In this document: piece by piece, positions 47,401 through 55,121 of the stretch
Position numbering within the stretch: the first letter of the stretch is position 1
Layout of the letters: the number at the start of each line of letters is the position of its first letter
NCBI GenBank assembly: GCA_002293045.1
Contig: DBCM01000070.1
Span: 14,139-78,138 of the forward strand
Direction: 5' to 3'
Length of the DNA: 64,000 nt
From: Flavobacteriales bacterium UBA958
GTDB lineage: Bacteria > Bacteroidota > Bacteroidia > Flavobacteriales_D > Crocinitomicaceae
Program-made: the position numbers and the translations under genes
Notes under the pieces: generated by a model
Seen by the model: only the letters and a program-made list of their open reading frames with translations
Databases searched by the model: none
Told to the model about the DNA's origin: nothing

Positions 47401-48239
47401 CCGGATAACATTCCCTCGACAAGGTTGTATCCAAATTTATCCAATCCAATCACTTTTCCGTCGTACCCGTTTGGATCTGCTCCTTTAAAGTATGCCCCAG
47501 AAGTTACTGCTTCAATGCTACCAAAGTAAATGGCTGAAGGGCCTCTGGTGGTTACGGAAATGATTCCTCCAGTAACATCCCCATAATTCGCAGGAACCCC
47601 ACCCGTTATAACCGATACTTCTTCGAGTGCGGCTTTCGGTAGGTTAGCAGAACCACGGACCTTAATTCCATCAATAAAGAAATAGGTGGCGTCTGAACGT
47701 GAACCTCTCACCGAAATCGCACCGCTTCCTTCGTTTGTATTTACCCCTCCAACAGATTGGGCCACACCTGCTGCAGAACGCACGGGCATTCTGGCAATGT
47801 CTTCCCTCCCGAGCACGGCACCTGATGCCCCACCGTCTTTATCAATAAGGGGAACTTTGTATCGAGTTACCTTCACCTCATCTTTTTGTAGCTCATTTTC
47901 GGGCTTACCTAAGGTTATTTTTTCCAAAAAGGTAATCTTGTCTGAAGAGATAACCACGCCTTGTTCGAGGGCGTCTTGATAGCCTTCGATCTTGTTGGTT
48001 ACCTTCACATCGTAGGATCCCGGAAGAATGGCATTAATTTGAAATTCTCCTTTTTCATCCGTAATGGCATTCCCCTTCATCGAAGTTCCTGACATTAAAT
48101 AAACCTTGGCACTGGGTATAACTTCCCCAGATTTTTGGTCTTTAACTATCCCCTTTAGGGTTCCCAATCCAGACTGAGCAAACATGTAAGCGCTTGAAAA
48201 CAAAACGCTTAACACTAATAACTGTAATTTTTTCAGCAT
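44442..48239 (-). CDS. TonB-dependent-receptor-like outer-membrane protein with N-terminal carboxypeptidase-regulatory-like domain
   Basis: 1265 aa with a signal peptide. GTLKGIVKDQKSGEVIPSAKVYL...GEFQINAILPGSYDVKV (CarboxypepD_reg-like). Plug-like ISVRGSRSDATYFFIDGIKVRG. Terminal ...RTIRLGVKYDF with a C-terminal Phe. No SusD-like gene follows. Confidence 0.75.
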   Translation of the reverse strand: MLKKLQLLVLSVLFSSAYMFAQSGLGTLKGIVKDQKSGEVIPSAKVYLMSGTSMKGNAITDEKGEFQINAILPGSYDVKVTNKIEGYQDALEQGVVISSDKITFLEKITLGKPENELQKDEVKVTRYKVPLIDKDGGASGAVLGREDIARMPVRSAAGVAQSVGGVNTNEGSGAISVRGSRSDATYFFIDGIKVRGSANLPKAALEEVSVITGGVPANYGDVTGGIISVTTRGPSAIYFGSIEAVTSGAYFKGADPNGYDGKVIGLDKFGYNLVEGMLSGPLWMQKDSAGNKTRPLLGFLVSGNLTDELDNRPLAGGGWRVKQETRDELLANPLRPTSTGFGTFHNALFLQNPLDADGNPTKESDFEKVPWRMNARNTTISGQGKIDVNTGPSVNVQFGGSLNYFRASNYSYAASLLNFTNFGESKGLDYRVYGKISQRFTSDNKNSKIKSANYTLMVDYSKTLRDSYDPRHQYNIFNYGHVGKFTTRRTPSYQFNDNLQRWEHNGFKDLEVAFSPSETNAALAAITTQYYNIYQGEPLGHYENLFQIQQGNALRNGDAPQSVYGIWSNIGSPSNGFGKFENDQFRVTGAGSLVIGNHSVSLGFEYEQRIDRGWSNGDQGPVAIWSIARQLMNFHIEELDYASGVITDSGSFKAITYDRLNAGYASQSGTGVYGGQLNNDNQSFFDYSVRKALGLNIAGDDYVDIDMYDPGMFQFDMFSPDELMNGGNSFVSYYGFDHTGKKVKGTTDINKYFNEFDENGNYKRFIGAFQPTYMAGYVMDKFAFKDIVFNVGVRVDVFDANQPVLKDQYLFFNARTVKEAKELKANDPGQYNWVDIPESMGDDYIVYVNDISNPTGINGFRTGDQWYNAVGTTVEDPKTIQGAGGIAPWVLNPGQTAPDASAFEDYKAQINVMPRIAFSFPISEKASFFAHYDILTKRPTSGFRFDPYEYQFIQTRSAVINNANLKPETTVDYELGFQQVLSATSSLKISAFYREQRNNVQLINVFMAYPASYKTFGNRDFGTVKGMTIAYDLRQTGNIRMTANYTLQFADGTGSDATSMAAFINAGIPNLRNIFPYSFDQRHAFAITFDYRYGEGKDYNGPKIGGFNVLENTGLNIFTNINSGYPYSAQTFITDEGIGNLNAGISGTVNGSRMPWTYRLDMQLDRNITITHKSKDAKSKDKEKVSNLNIYIRATNLFNQFNILSIYRATGNADDDGYLAAAASQTSIQNQTDEQAFRDYYSMKVNNPFNISVPRTIRLGVKYDF

Positions 48240-48393
48240 ATTCTTTCGTAAATTGTTGCTAAGAACACATTAAATTTAAGTTGCTAAATATAGAAATATA
48301 AACTTGTATAGCCAAAATGTTAAAAAAATAAAAAGAAAAAAATGCCGAATTTTACAATCGAAGTACCGATAAGCGTTAACGAATAACAGATGT

Positions 48394-48999
48394 ATGGTTG
48401 GAAAAACAGGGATTACTAATTTTGTCCATTGGGAACTGGGAGAGATTCAAGTGCTGAATGCCGATTACGTACCACTTAGCCCTGAAGAAAACGCGCAACT
48501 CTTGCGCTTGGGTTCTGATCAACGCAAAAAAGAGTTCAAGGCCATTCGAGTATTAAAGCAAAGAGTATTTGGTGCGGAAGAAATCATTTACGGGTTGCAT
48601 GGTAAACCAGAAATACCCCAAGCAGGGGTCAGTATCGGAATAAGTCATTCATCGCAATGGGCCCTATTTGCACATGCGGCGGTTGCCTTTGGTTGCGATG
48701 TTGAAGAGCCAAATGAACGGATCAATCGGGTAGCAGAACGCTTTTGCAGTGCTGAAGAGCTTGAATTATTCCCAGGGGAAGTAGGCATTATTCAACTTAC
48801 ACAACTGTGGAGTTGTAAGGAAGCCATCTATAAACTCGTGAATGAGCCAGGGATTCATTGGAAAGACCAAATGCGATGCACTGCTATTTCAGGATCGAAG
48901 TTTCTGTTTACGGTAGAAACCCCCATGAAACATCCCATGATTCAGTGCGAAACCATACATGTTCACAACGCCATTATTTCCATCGCAACCTATGCATAA
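48394..48999 (+). CDS. 4-prime-phosphopantetheinyl transferase family protein (Sfp-type)
   Basis: GKPEIPQAGVSIGISHS...FGCDVEE...WSCKEAIYK are typical PPTase motifs. Confidence 0.7.
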   Translation: MVGKTGITNFVHWELGEIQVLNADYVPLSPEENAQLLRLGSDQRKKEFKAIRVLKQRVFGAEEIIYGLHGKPEIPQAGVSIGISHSSQWALFAHAAVAFGCDVEEPNERINRVAERFCSAEELELFPGEVGIIQLTQLWSCKEAIYKLVNEPGIHWKDQMRCTAISGSKFLFTVETPMKHPMIQCETIHVHNAIISIATYA

Positions 49000-49735
49000 A
49001 CAGAGCACCTTATTGAATAAATTGGCAAACACGCGCAAGGGAATCGCTATTCTGATTGACCCTGAAAAGGCCAGTGATCAGCAGCAATTCGACCAACAGT
49101 TAGCCGCAATAAAGCTAATCGCCCCTGCATTTATCTTTATAGGTGGCAGTACCGTTTCAGCGACCGAAATGAACTCGGTTGTTGAACGCCTAAAGGCAAG
49201 TACAGGCATTCCACTCATCATATTCCCAGGGGGTATTTCACAAATAAACACGGAAGCAGATGGGATTCTTTTTCTTTCGCTCATATCCGGAAGAAACCCA
49301 AGGTATCTGATTGGTGCGCACGTGGAAGCCGCTTCCCAGCTTTTTGATGCTCCGGTTGAGGTGATTAGTACGGGGTATATTCTAGTAGAGGGAGGAATCA
49401 CCTCCGCAGTAGCTAGGGTATCGGAAACTGATCCAATCCCACAAGATGAAGTAAGTCTGATAGCATCCACAGCAAAAGCGGGAATATTGTTAGGCATGCA
49501 TTGCCTGTATGTAGATGCTGGAAGTGGCGCCAGTACGCCCGTATCCACAGCGATTATTAACGCACTTAGTGGGCTTGGATGTCCATTAATCATTGGCGGT
49601 GGGCTCCGAACCATTGCTTCCATTAAAAAAGCACATGAGGCCGGCGCAACCTTAGTGGTTATTGGGAATAAATTAGAGGAAGACCCTTCGTTTATGAAGG
49701 AACTGGCCCAATACAATATAAAAAACAATGGATGA
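48992..49735 (+). CDS. geranylgeranylglyceryl / heptaprenylglyceryl phosphate synthase family (PcrB/GGGPS-like)
   Basis: Start at the ATG overlapping the PPTase stop (ATGCATAA). ILIDPEK, FIGGSTV, IIFPGG, SLISGRNPRYLIG, YVDAGSGA, IIGGGLR and VVIGN align by eye with B. subtilis PcrB motifs. Confidence 0.75.
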   Translation: MHKQSTLLNKLANTRKGIAILIDPEKASDQQQFDQQLAAIKLIAPAFIFIGGSTVSATEMNSVVERLKASTGIPLIIFPGGISQINTEADGILFLSLISGRNPRYLIGAHVEAASQLFDAPVEVISTGYILVEGGITSAVARVSETDPIPQDEVSLIASTAKAGILLGMHCLYVDAGSGASTPVSTAIINALSGLGCPLIIGGGLRTIASIKKAHEAGATLVVIGNKLEEDPSFMKELAQYNIKNNG

Positions 49736-49759
49736 CAGTTGCCGGACTGGAAGTAAAAC

Positions 49760-50596
49760 CTAATGAATAATTGCCTTTAAACTAAGGTCTAGGCTTTTTA
49801 CATGATGCGTAAGTGCGCCAACAGAAATATAATGCACCCCTGCTTCGGCAAATTCCACAATGTTATCTTCTGTAATCCCTCCGGAAGCTTCAATTTCGAA
49901 ATGCGGGGGAATCATGGAAAGGCACGCGCGAATCTGTTTTGGAGAAAAATTATCTAATAAAATGCGGTCCACTCCTTGGGTTTGAATCACTTCTCGGAGT
50001 TCGGTTTCATTTCGCACCTCCACCTCTACGGGGATGGTTAAATGCCGTGCGATTTTGTATGCGTTTACTGCATGTACCGCTTTTTCAATTCCTCCAGAAA
50101 AATCAATGTGATTATCCTTGAGCATGATCATATCGTACAACCCAAAGCGATGGTTAGATCCTCCGCCAATCCGAACCGCTTCTTTTTCCAATAATCTGAA
50201 TCCCGGTGTTGTTTTCCGTGTATCGAGCAACTTCGCAGAAGTATGTGCAATTTTTTGACTTAAGGCTTGTGTTTTCGTTGCAATCCCAGACATGCGTTGC
50301 ATGCAATTCAGAATTAACCGTTCCGTCGTTAAGATATTTCGCGCATTCCCCTCTACAATAAAGGCAAGATCTCCCGGTGAGACGGAATCACCGTCCTTTT
50401 TAAACCACTGAACATTCGCCTGGGTATCCGTAAGCTCGTATATCTGTTTAGCCACCTCAAGGCCTGCTATCACTCCGGACTCTTTAATTAATAATCTCGC
50501 GGTACTTCTAGCCTCAAGCGGGATAGACGCGATGGTAGAATGGTCTCCTTCGCCAATGTCTTCTGCGAGCCAAGCGTTAATTAAGTCCTGTAACAT
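49760..50596 (-). CDS. nadC: nicotinate-nucleotide diphosphorylase (carboxylating)
   Basis: 278 aa. DIGEGDHST, TRKTTPGFR, GGG.NHRFGLYD..MLKDNH and ASGGIT are NadC motifs. Confidence 0.9.
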   Translation of the reverse strand: MLQDLINAWLAEDIGEGDHSTIASIPLEARSTARLLIKESGVIAGLEVAKQIYELTDTQANVQWFKKDGDSVSPGDLAFIVEGNARNILTTERLILNCMQRMSGIATKTQALSQKIAHTSAKLLDTRKTTPGFRLLEKEAVRIGGGSNHRFGLYDMIMLKDNHIDFSGGIEKAVHAVNAYKIARHLTIPVEVEVRNETELREVIQTQGVDRILLDNFSPKQIRACLSMIPPHFEIEASGGITEDNIVEFAEAGVHYISVGALTHHVKSLDLSLKAIIH

Positions 50597-50601
50597 AGTA
50601 A

Positions 50602-50609
50602 CAAAGGTA
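50602..50609 (-). promoter_or_regulatory. -7 promoter box TACCTTTG, 5 nt upstream of the nadC ATG
   Basis: The minus strand reads ctacctttgttactATG. Confidence 0.4.
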
Positions 50610-50628
50610 GAAAAGTAATTGGAGGTTC

Positions 50629-52806
50629 ATGTTGAAAAGTTATCTTTGTTTGGTGAATCCGTCGCTTGCTTCTTCCAAACATATACTGCGCTTTCTTGGG
50701 GTGATATTTTTACTATGGAGCAGCGCAATCTTCGCTCAAGAAAAGGAACTTATTCGCTATTGTCAAGAAAACCGTTTTAATCCCGTTGGATTCAGCGAAT
50801 CCTTGAGCAAAGCTAGGCCATCCACAGGATCTATGCGTGTATTGACCGCCTATGAAAAATCATTAAACGGAAATTACTTAGGATTTACCCAAGATGTGCT
50901 TGCCCTAAAAAAAGTGAAGGTCAGCACTCTGAAAAACCCCTTCATACTGCACCTTTATCGGTTACAGCAATGTGAATTACAATTACATCTCGGTGAATTC
51001 ACTGCCTCAAAAGAAGGGTTGCGTCGCGTGGTAGAAAGCGCCCGAAGGCAGCGTCAAAATCAGTGGGTATCACAAGCCTATCGATTGCTTTCCAATGTTT
51101 ATTTGCATGAAAATAAAAAAGATTCTGCCGATGCATCGAACTACAAAGCAATCGAATTTGCCAAGCGATCCAATACCAAGCTCGAATTGGCGCTTTGTTT
51201 GCATCAATCGGCCATCACCCATGCCCAATTTTCAAACATCCAAGAAGCCGTTACCCAGGCATTGTTGGCACTTCAAGTGGTAGAAAAGCTCAACAACAAT
51301 TATTATGAATGCATCTTTAACCGATTTATCGCAGAATTATCCTTAGATGCAGGGAATTTAAGAGAAGCTGAAAATTATCTTCGAAAATGCCAATTGAAAA
51401 GTGGTAGAATATCGAGTACCCGATTGAAATTAGAAAACGACATTTTACGGGCACGAATCGAAATTAGAAAAGGCTTCCCGAAGGAAGTATTGGTGTTTTT
51501 TCCAACCAGTGTAAAGGGCTTGGAGCGATTAAAAGATTACACCTCGCTTGGAGAGGCCTGGATGGTTTTAGGAGAAACCTATAATGCGGCGGGACAAACC
51601 CAACAATCCTTAGACGCGTTCAACACATCGCTCACATATTTCGATCAATCGGGTGAACCTGAAAAAATGGCCAGCGTGTATCACCAAGTTGGATTGGTGT
51701 ATTTATCAAAGCGTGATTTGGCAAATGCAGAAAAGAACATCTTAAAATCCATCTTGATACGAAATGATATCAAGGAACGAACCCGCATTTACGAAAGTTA
51801 TTTTGCCTTGTCAAATGTGTATGCCGCTCAAGGAAAAAAACAACAAGCGTATGATTACCTAAAACGTCATACTGATTTTTTACGACGAAATTCGTTTTCC
51901 ATTGACAGTAAAAAAATTGAAGACCTTACCCAGACCAACTCTCGGGAGGAACGAGAACGCTTAATTGAAACCCAGGAAGAAAAACTGCAAAAAGAACTCA
52001 AGGAGAAAGAAATCCTGAAGCTTCAAAGTGACCGACAATTGCTGGGCATCAGTATTGTAATTGCCATTTTTTTCCTATCCGCAGTAACCGTGTTTTTTAT
52101 TATTCGCCAACGCAATACCCTTCAAGAGCAGCGAGAATCAGAAATGTCACAGACCCTGTTGCGCTCTCAGATGAATCCGCACTTTATCTTTAACGCCCTG
52201 GCAGTTATTCAAAGTTATATTTACGAGAACACCCCAGAAAAAACATCCAAGTTTCTGGTGAATTTTTCACGTTTAATACGTTTGATTTTAGAAAACTCTC
52301 CCAAGGAATTTATTACCATTGACATTGAAAAGGAGATTTTATCTAAGTACCTAACAACCCAAAAGCTGAGGTTTGAAGATCGTTTTAATTTTGTCATTGA
52401 CATTGACGAAGAGCTTCTTTTTAAACGAGCCTTGATTCCTCCAATGATTACGCAGCCATTCATAGAAAACTCTATTGAACATGGACAATTACACACCATA
52501 GAACGTGGGGTGATTAAGATTCATATGAAAGAAGACGCGGGCATGTTAACCATTGAAATCACTGATAATGGCGTAGGCAGAACAAAAGCGGGTAAAATTA
52601 AAAAGAACAAAACGCACAAAAGTATGGCGATAGACATCACCCGAGAGCGGATAGAAATTATGAATAAGAAATATAAGGGCAAAGGCAGTTTAACCATTGA
52701 AGATTTAGACCTCAAGCACAAAACAGGAACACGCGTAATAATTTGTTTGCCAATCATTTACGAAAACACTACATTTGAAGCATATGAAAAAAGTACTGAT
52801 AATTGA
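50629..52806 (+). CDS. sensor histidine kinase, LytS/YehU type, with periplasmic/extracytoplasmic TPR region
   Basis: 725 aa with a signal-like N-terminus, TPR-like repeats, a coiled coil and one TM (LLGISIVIAIFFLSAVTVFFII). Then LRSQMNPHFIFNAL (His_kinase domain) and an HATPase region (ITDNGVG). Confidence 0.8.
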   Translation: MLKSYLCLVNPSLASSKHILRFLGVIFLLWSSAIFAQEKELIRYCQENRFNPVGFSESLSKARPSTGSMRVLTAYEKSLNGNYLGFTQDVLALKKVKVSTLKNPFILHLYRLQQCELQLHLGEFTASKEGLRRVVESARRQRQNQWVSQAYRLLSNVYLHENKKDSADASNYKAIEFAKRSNTKLELALCLHQSAITHAQFSNIQEAVTQALLALQVVEKLNNNYYECIFNRFIAELSLDAGNLREAENYLRKCQLKSGRISSTRLKLENDILRARIEIRKGFPKEVLVFFPTSVKGLERLKDYTSLGEAWMVLGETYNAAGQTQQSLDAFNTSLTYFDQSGEPEKMASVYHQVGLVYLSKRDLANAEKNILKSILIRNDIKERTRIYESYFALSNVYAAQGKKQQAYDYLKRHTDFLRRNSFSIDSKKIEDLTQTNSREERERLIETQEEKLQKELKEKEILKLQSDRQLLGISIVIAIFFLSAVTVFFIIRQRNTLQEQRESEMSQTLLRSQMNPHFIFNALAVIQSYIYENTPEKTSKFLVNFSRLIRLILENSPKEFITIDIEKEILSKYLTTQKLRFEDRFNFVIDIDEELLFKRALIPPMITQPFIENSIEHGQLHTIERGVIKIHMKEDAGMLTIEITDNGVGRTKAGKIKKNKTHKSMAIDITRERIEIMNKKYKGKGSLTIEDLDLKHKTGTRVIICLPIIYENTTFEAYEKSTDN

Positions 52807-53527
52807 TGATGAAAAACGCATCCGGGATTTTGTAAAACGGATGATTGATTCGTTTAATCTTGATGTTGAGGTATTTACGGACGGTGAAAACGTCGAAACG
52901 GGGTTCGAATCCATCAACCGCATTCAACCAGACATTGTGTTTTTAGACATTCAAATGCCGGACGGTACCGGGTTTGATTTGTTGAACCGTGTAAAAGACA
53001 AGAAGTTTGAATTGATTTTTATTACGGCGTTTCAGGAATATGCCATCATGGCAATTAAATTCAGTGCCCTCGATTACATTCTTAAACCGATTGATGAGGA
53101 AGAATTAAAAACAGCCCTGCAAAACGCCATTGACACGGTAGATTTCAAAAAAGAAGACTCACAATTTGAGGCGCTTACCCACAACCTTCAAACCAACCAA
53201 AAACGAAAATTAGTACTTAAGACGCAAGAAAGTGTGCACGTGGTAGACCTCAGCGAAATCATACGTTGCGAGGCGGATAAAAACTATACCTTCTTTTACC
53301 TCAATAGTGGTAAAAAAATTCTTGTATCTCGAACACTTAAAGATTTTGAAACCTTGCTCTCAAATCATGGCTTTTTTAGAGTTCAACAGTCTCATTTGAT
53401 CAATTTGGAATACATAGAACGCTATGATAAACACGAAGGAGGTTCCGTCATTATGCGGGATGGTTCGGCGGTGCCTTTATCCCCTGCTAAAAAGGATCAA
53501 TTTTTCACGATGCTCGAAAAACTCTAA
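52784..53527 (+). CDS. LytTR-family response regulator
   Basis: MKKVLIIDDE, receiver DIVFLDIQMPDG, and a C-terminal LytTR domain (IIRCEADKNYTFFYL...FFRVQQSHLINL). Confidence 0.85.
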   Translation: MKKVLIIDDEKRIRDFVKRMIDSFNLDVEVFTDGENVETGFESINRIQPDIVFLDIQMPDGTGFDLLNRVKDKKFELIFITAFQEYAIMAIKFSALDYILKPIDEEELKTALQNAIDTVDFKKEDSQFEALTHNLQTNQKRKLVLKTQESVHVVDLSEIIRCEADKNYTFFYLNSGKKILVSRTLKDFETLLSNHGFFRVQQSHLINLEYIERYDKHEGGSVIMRDGSAVPLSPAKKDQFFTMLEKL

Positions 53528-54663
53528 GCTAGGGCTTGCGTCAAGTCTTGAATTAAGTCCTCCACATCCTCGATACCGACACTTAAACGGATTAAACTAT
53601 CTACGACCCCACTTTGCTCGCGCTCCGCTTTAGGAATAGACGCATGCGTCATCGTGGCGGGATGCCCAATCAAAGATTCTACCCCACCTAAGGATTCCGC
53701 TAAGGAGAATATTTCAACTTTTTTAACCACGGATAAGGCATCTTCCAAGTTATTTCCTTTCAAGGTAAAGGAAATCATTCCCCCGAAACCGCGCATCTGC
53801 TTTACTGCCACATGATGGTTTGGGTGGTGGGTAAATCCGGGCCAAAACACCTTATCGATTTTTGGATGATTCGCCAAGAAATGAGCGATTTTCTCCCCAT
53901 TTTCACAATGACGCTCCATGCGCAAGTGTAAAGTTTTTATCCCTCTTAGCACAAGAAAAGAATCCATTGGACCACAAACGGCACCCGATGAGTTTTGTAT
54001 CCGATACATTTCATGCGCAATGGTTTCATCCTTGGTCACCAAGGCTCCCATGATTACATCCGAGTGCCCCCCTAAGTATTTGGTCACCGAATGCATCACG
54101 ATATCGGCCCCAAGGTCTAAAGGGTTTTGTAGATAGGGCGTAGCAAAGGTATTATCCACACACAGCATGGCTCCCGCTGCTTTCGCAATGGCAGAGGCCC
54201 CTTCAATGTCGATAATGTTCATCATTGGGTTTGTGGGTGTTTCTACCCAAATCAATTTTGTATTTTTATTCACCTTTACTTGGATGTTGGCTACATCGGT
54301 CATGTCCACAAAATGAAAAACCAGGCCATATTTCTCGAAAATCGTTTTAAAAATCCGATAAGACCCACCGTATAAATCATTCGTAGAAATGACCTCATCC
54401 CCGGGGTTGAGCATTTTAATGACGCAATCAATGGCCGCTAAACCCGATCCAAAACACGCGCCATGGGTTCCGTTTTCAATCGCTGCTAAATTCTTCTCAA
54501 GGGCATGACGTGTTGGATTCAAGGTTCGCGAATACTCGTAGCCTTTATGGTTTCCTACCCCCTCTTGCACATAGGTTGATGTTTGATAAATTGGTGTCAT
54601 GATGGCTCCGGTAGCTGAATCTGGTGCTACCCCCTCGTGAATGGCTTTCGTTGCGAATTTCAT
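53524..54663 (-). CDS. Cys/Met-metabolism PLP-dependent enzyme (cystathionine gamma-synthase / beta- or gamma-lyase family)
   Basis: Start at MKFATKAIHEG. YSRTLNPT, and the SVTKYLGGHSD PLP-lysine motif. Confidence 0.85.
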   Translation of the reverse strand: MKFATKAIHEGVAPDSATGAIMTPIYQTSTYVQEGVGNHKGYEYSRTLNPTRHALEKNLAAIENGTHGACFGSGLAAIDCVIKMLNPGDEVISTNDLYGGSYRIFKTIFEKYGLVFHFVDMTDVANIQVKVNKNTKLIWVETPTNPMMNIIDIEGASAIAKAAGAMLCVDNTFATPYLQNPLDLGADIVMHSVTKYLGGHSDVIMGALVTKDETIAHEMYRIQNSSGAVCGPMDSFLVLRGIKTLHLRMERHCENGEKIAHFLANHPKIDKVFWPGFTHHPNHHVAVKQMRGFGGMISFTLKGNNLEDALSVVKKVEIFSLAESLGGVESLIGHPATMTHASIPKAEREQSGVVDSLIRLSVGIEDVEDLIQDLTQALA

Positions 54664-54702
54664 GGAATTAATTTTGCTCAAAATTAACAAAAGGGATTGA
54701 AT

Positions 54703-55032
54703 CTAACCGAGTTCTTTTGGATCCCAAAAAAAGGATTCAAACTGTTGGATTTGGTCATCAAGCACAGGTATCCCTTCAGCCATCAATTTCCGCTGCATGG
54801 CACCTTCATCTTCAAAGTGCATTTTCCCAGTTAACAAACCCGTTCGATTGACCACCCGATGTGCTGGCACATCCGATAAGCTATGACTCGCATTCATGGC
54901 CCAACCCACCATGCGCGCAGCGCCTTTTGACCCTAAGGCTTGCGCGATCGCTCCATAGGTGGTAACCTTTCCTGGAGGGATTAAACGCACTATTTGATAT
55001 ACCGCTTGGAAGAAATCTAGGTCTTTTTTCAT
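54703..55032 (-). CDS. MGMT-family DNA-binding protein, alkyltransferase-like (active-site Cys replaced)
   Basis: TYGAIAQALG..GAARMVGWA...VPAHRVVNRTG. The PCHR motif reads PAHR. Confidence 0.75.
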   Translation of the reverse strand: MKKDLDFFQAVYQIVRLIPPGKVTTYGAIAQALGSKGAARMVGWAMNASHSLSDVPAHRVVNRTGLLTGKMHFEDEGAMQRKLMAEGIPVLDDQIQQFESFFWDPKELG

Positions 55033-55078
55033 GCCCCACAAAGATAGCTGTGTAGGCCCAATCTAAAAATTCCGGCAT

Positions 55079-55101
55079 AAAAAAAGCCGCTCAAGGCGGC
55101 T
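55079..55101 (-). terminator. rho-independent terminator after hppA
   Basis: The minus strand reads AGCCGCCttgaGCGGCT followed by tttttt. Confidence 0.7.
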
Positions 55102-55121
55102 TTACAATCTACTATGTTTGT

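Noticed and set aside
49078-49728. 216-aa minus-strand ORF spanning almost the whole GGGPS-like gene.
   Set aside because: It is antisense to a CDS with clear PcrB/GGGPS motifs. Its composition is biased (Ser/Ala/Pro-rich) with no recognisable motifs.
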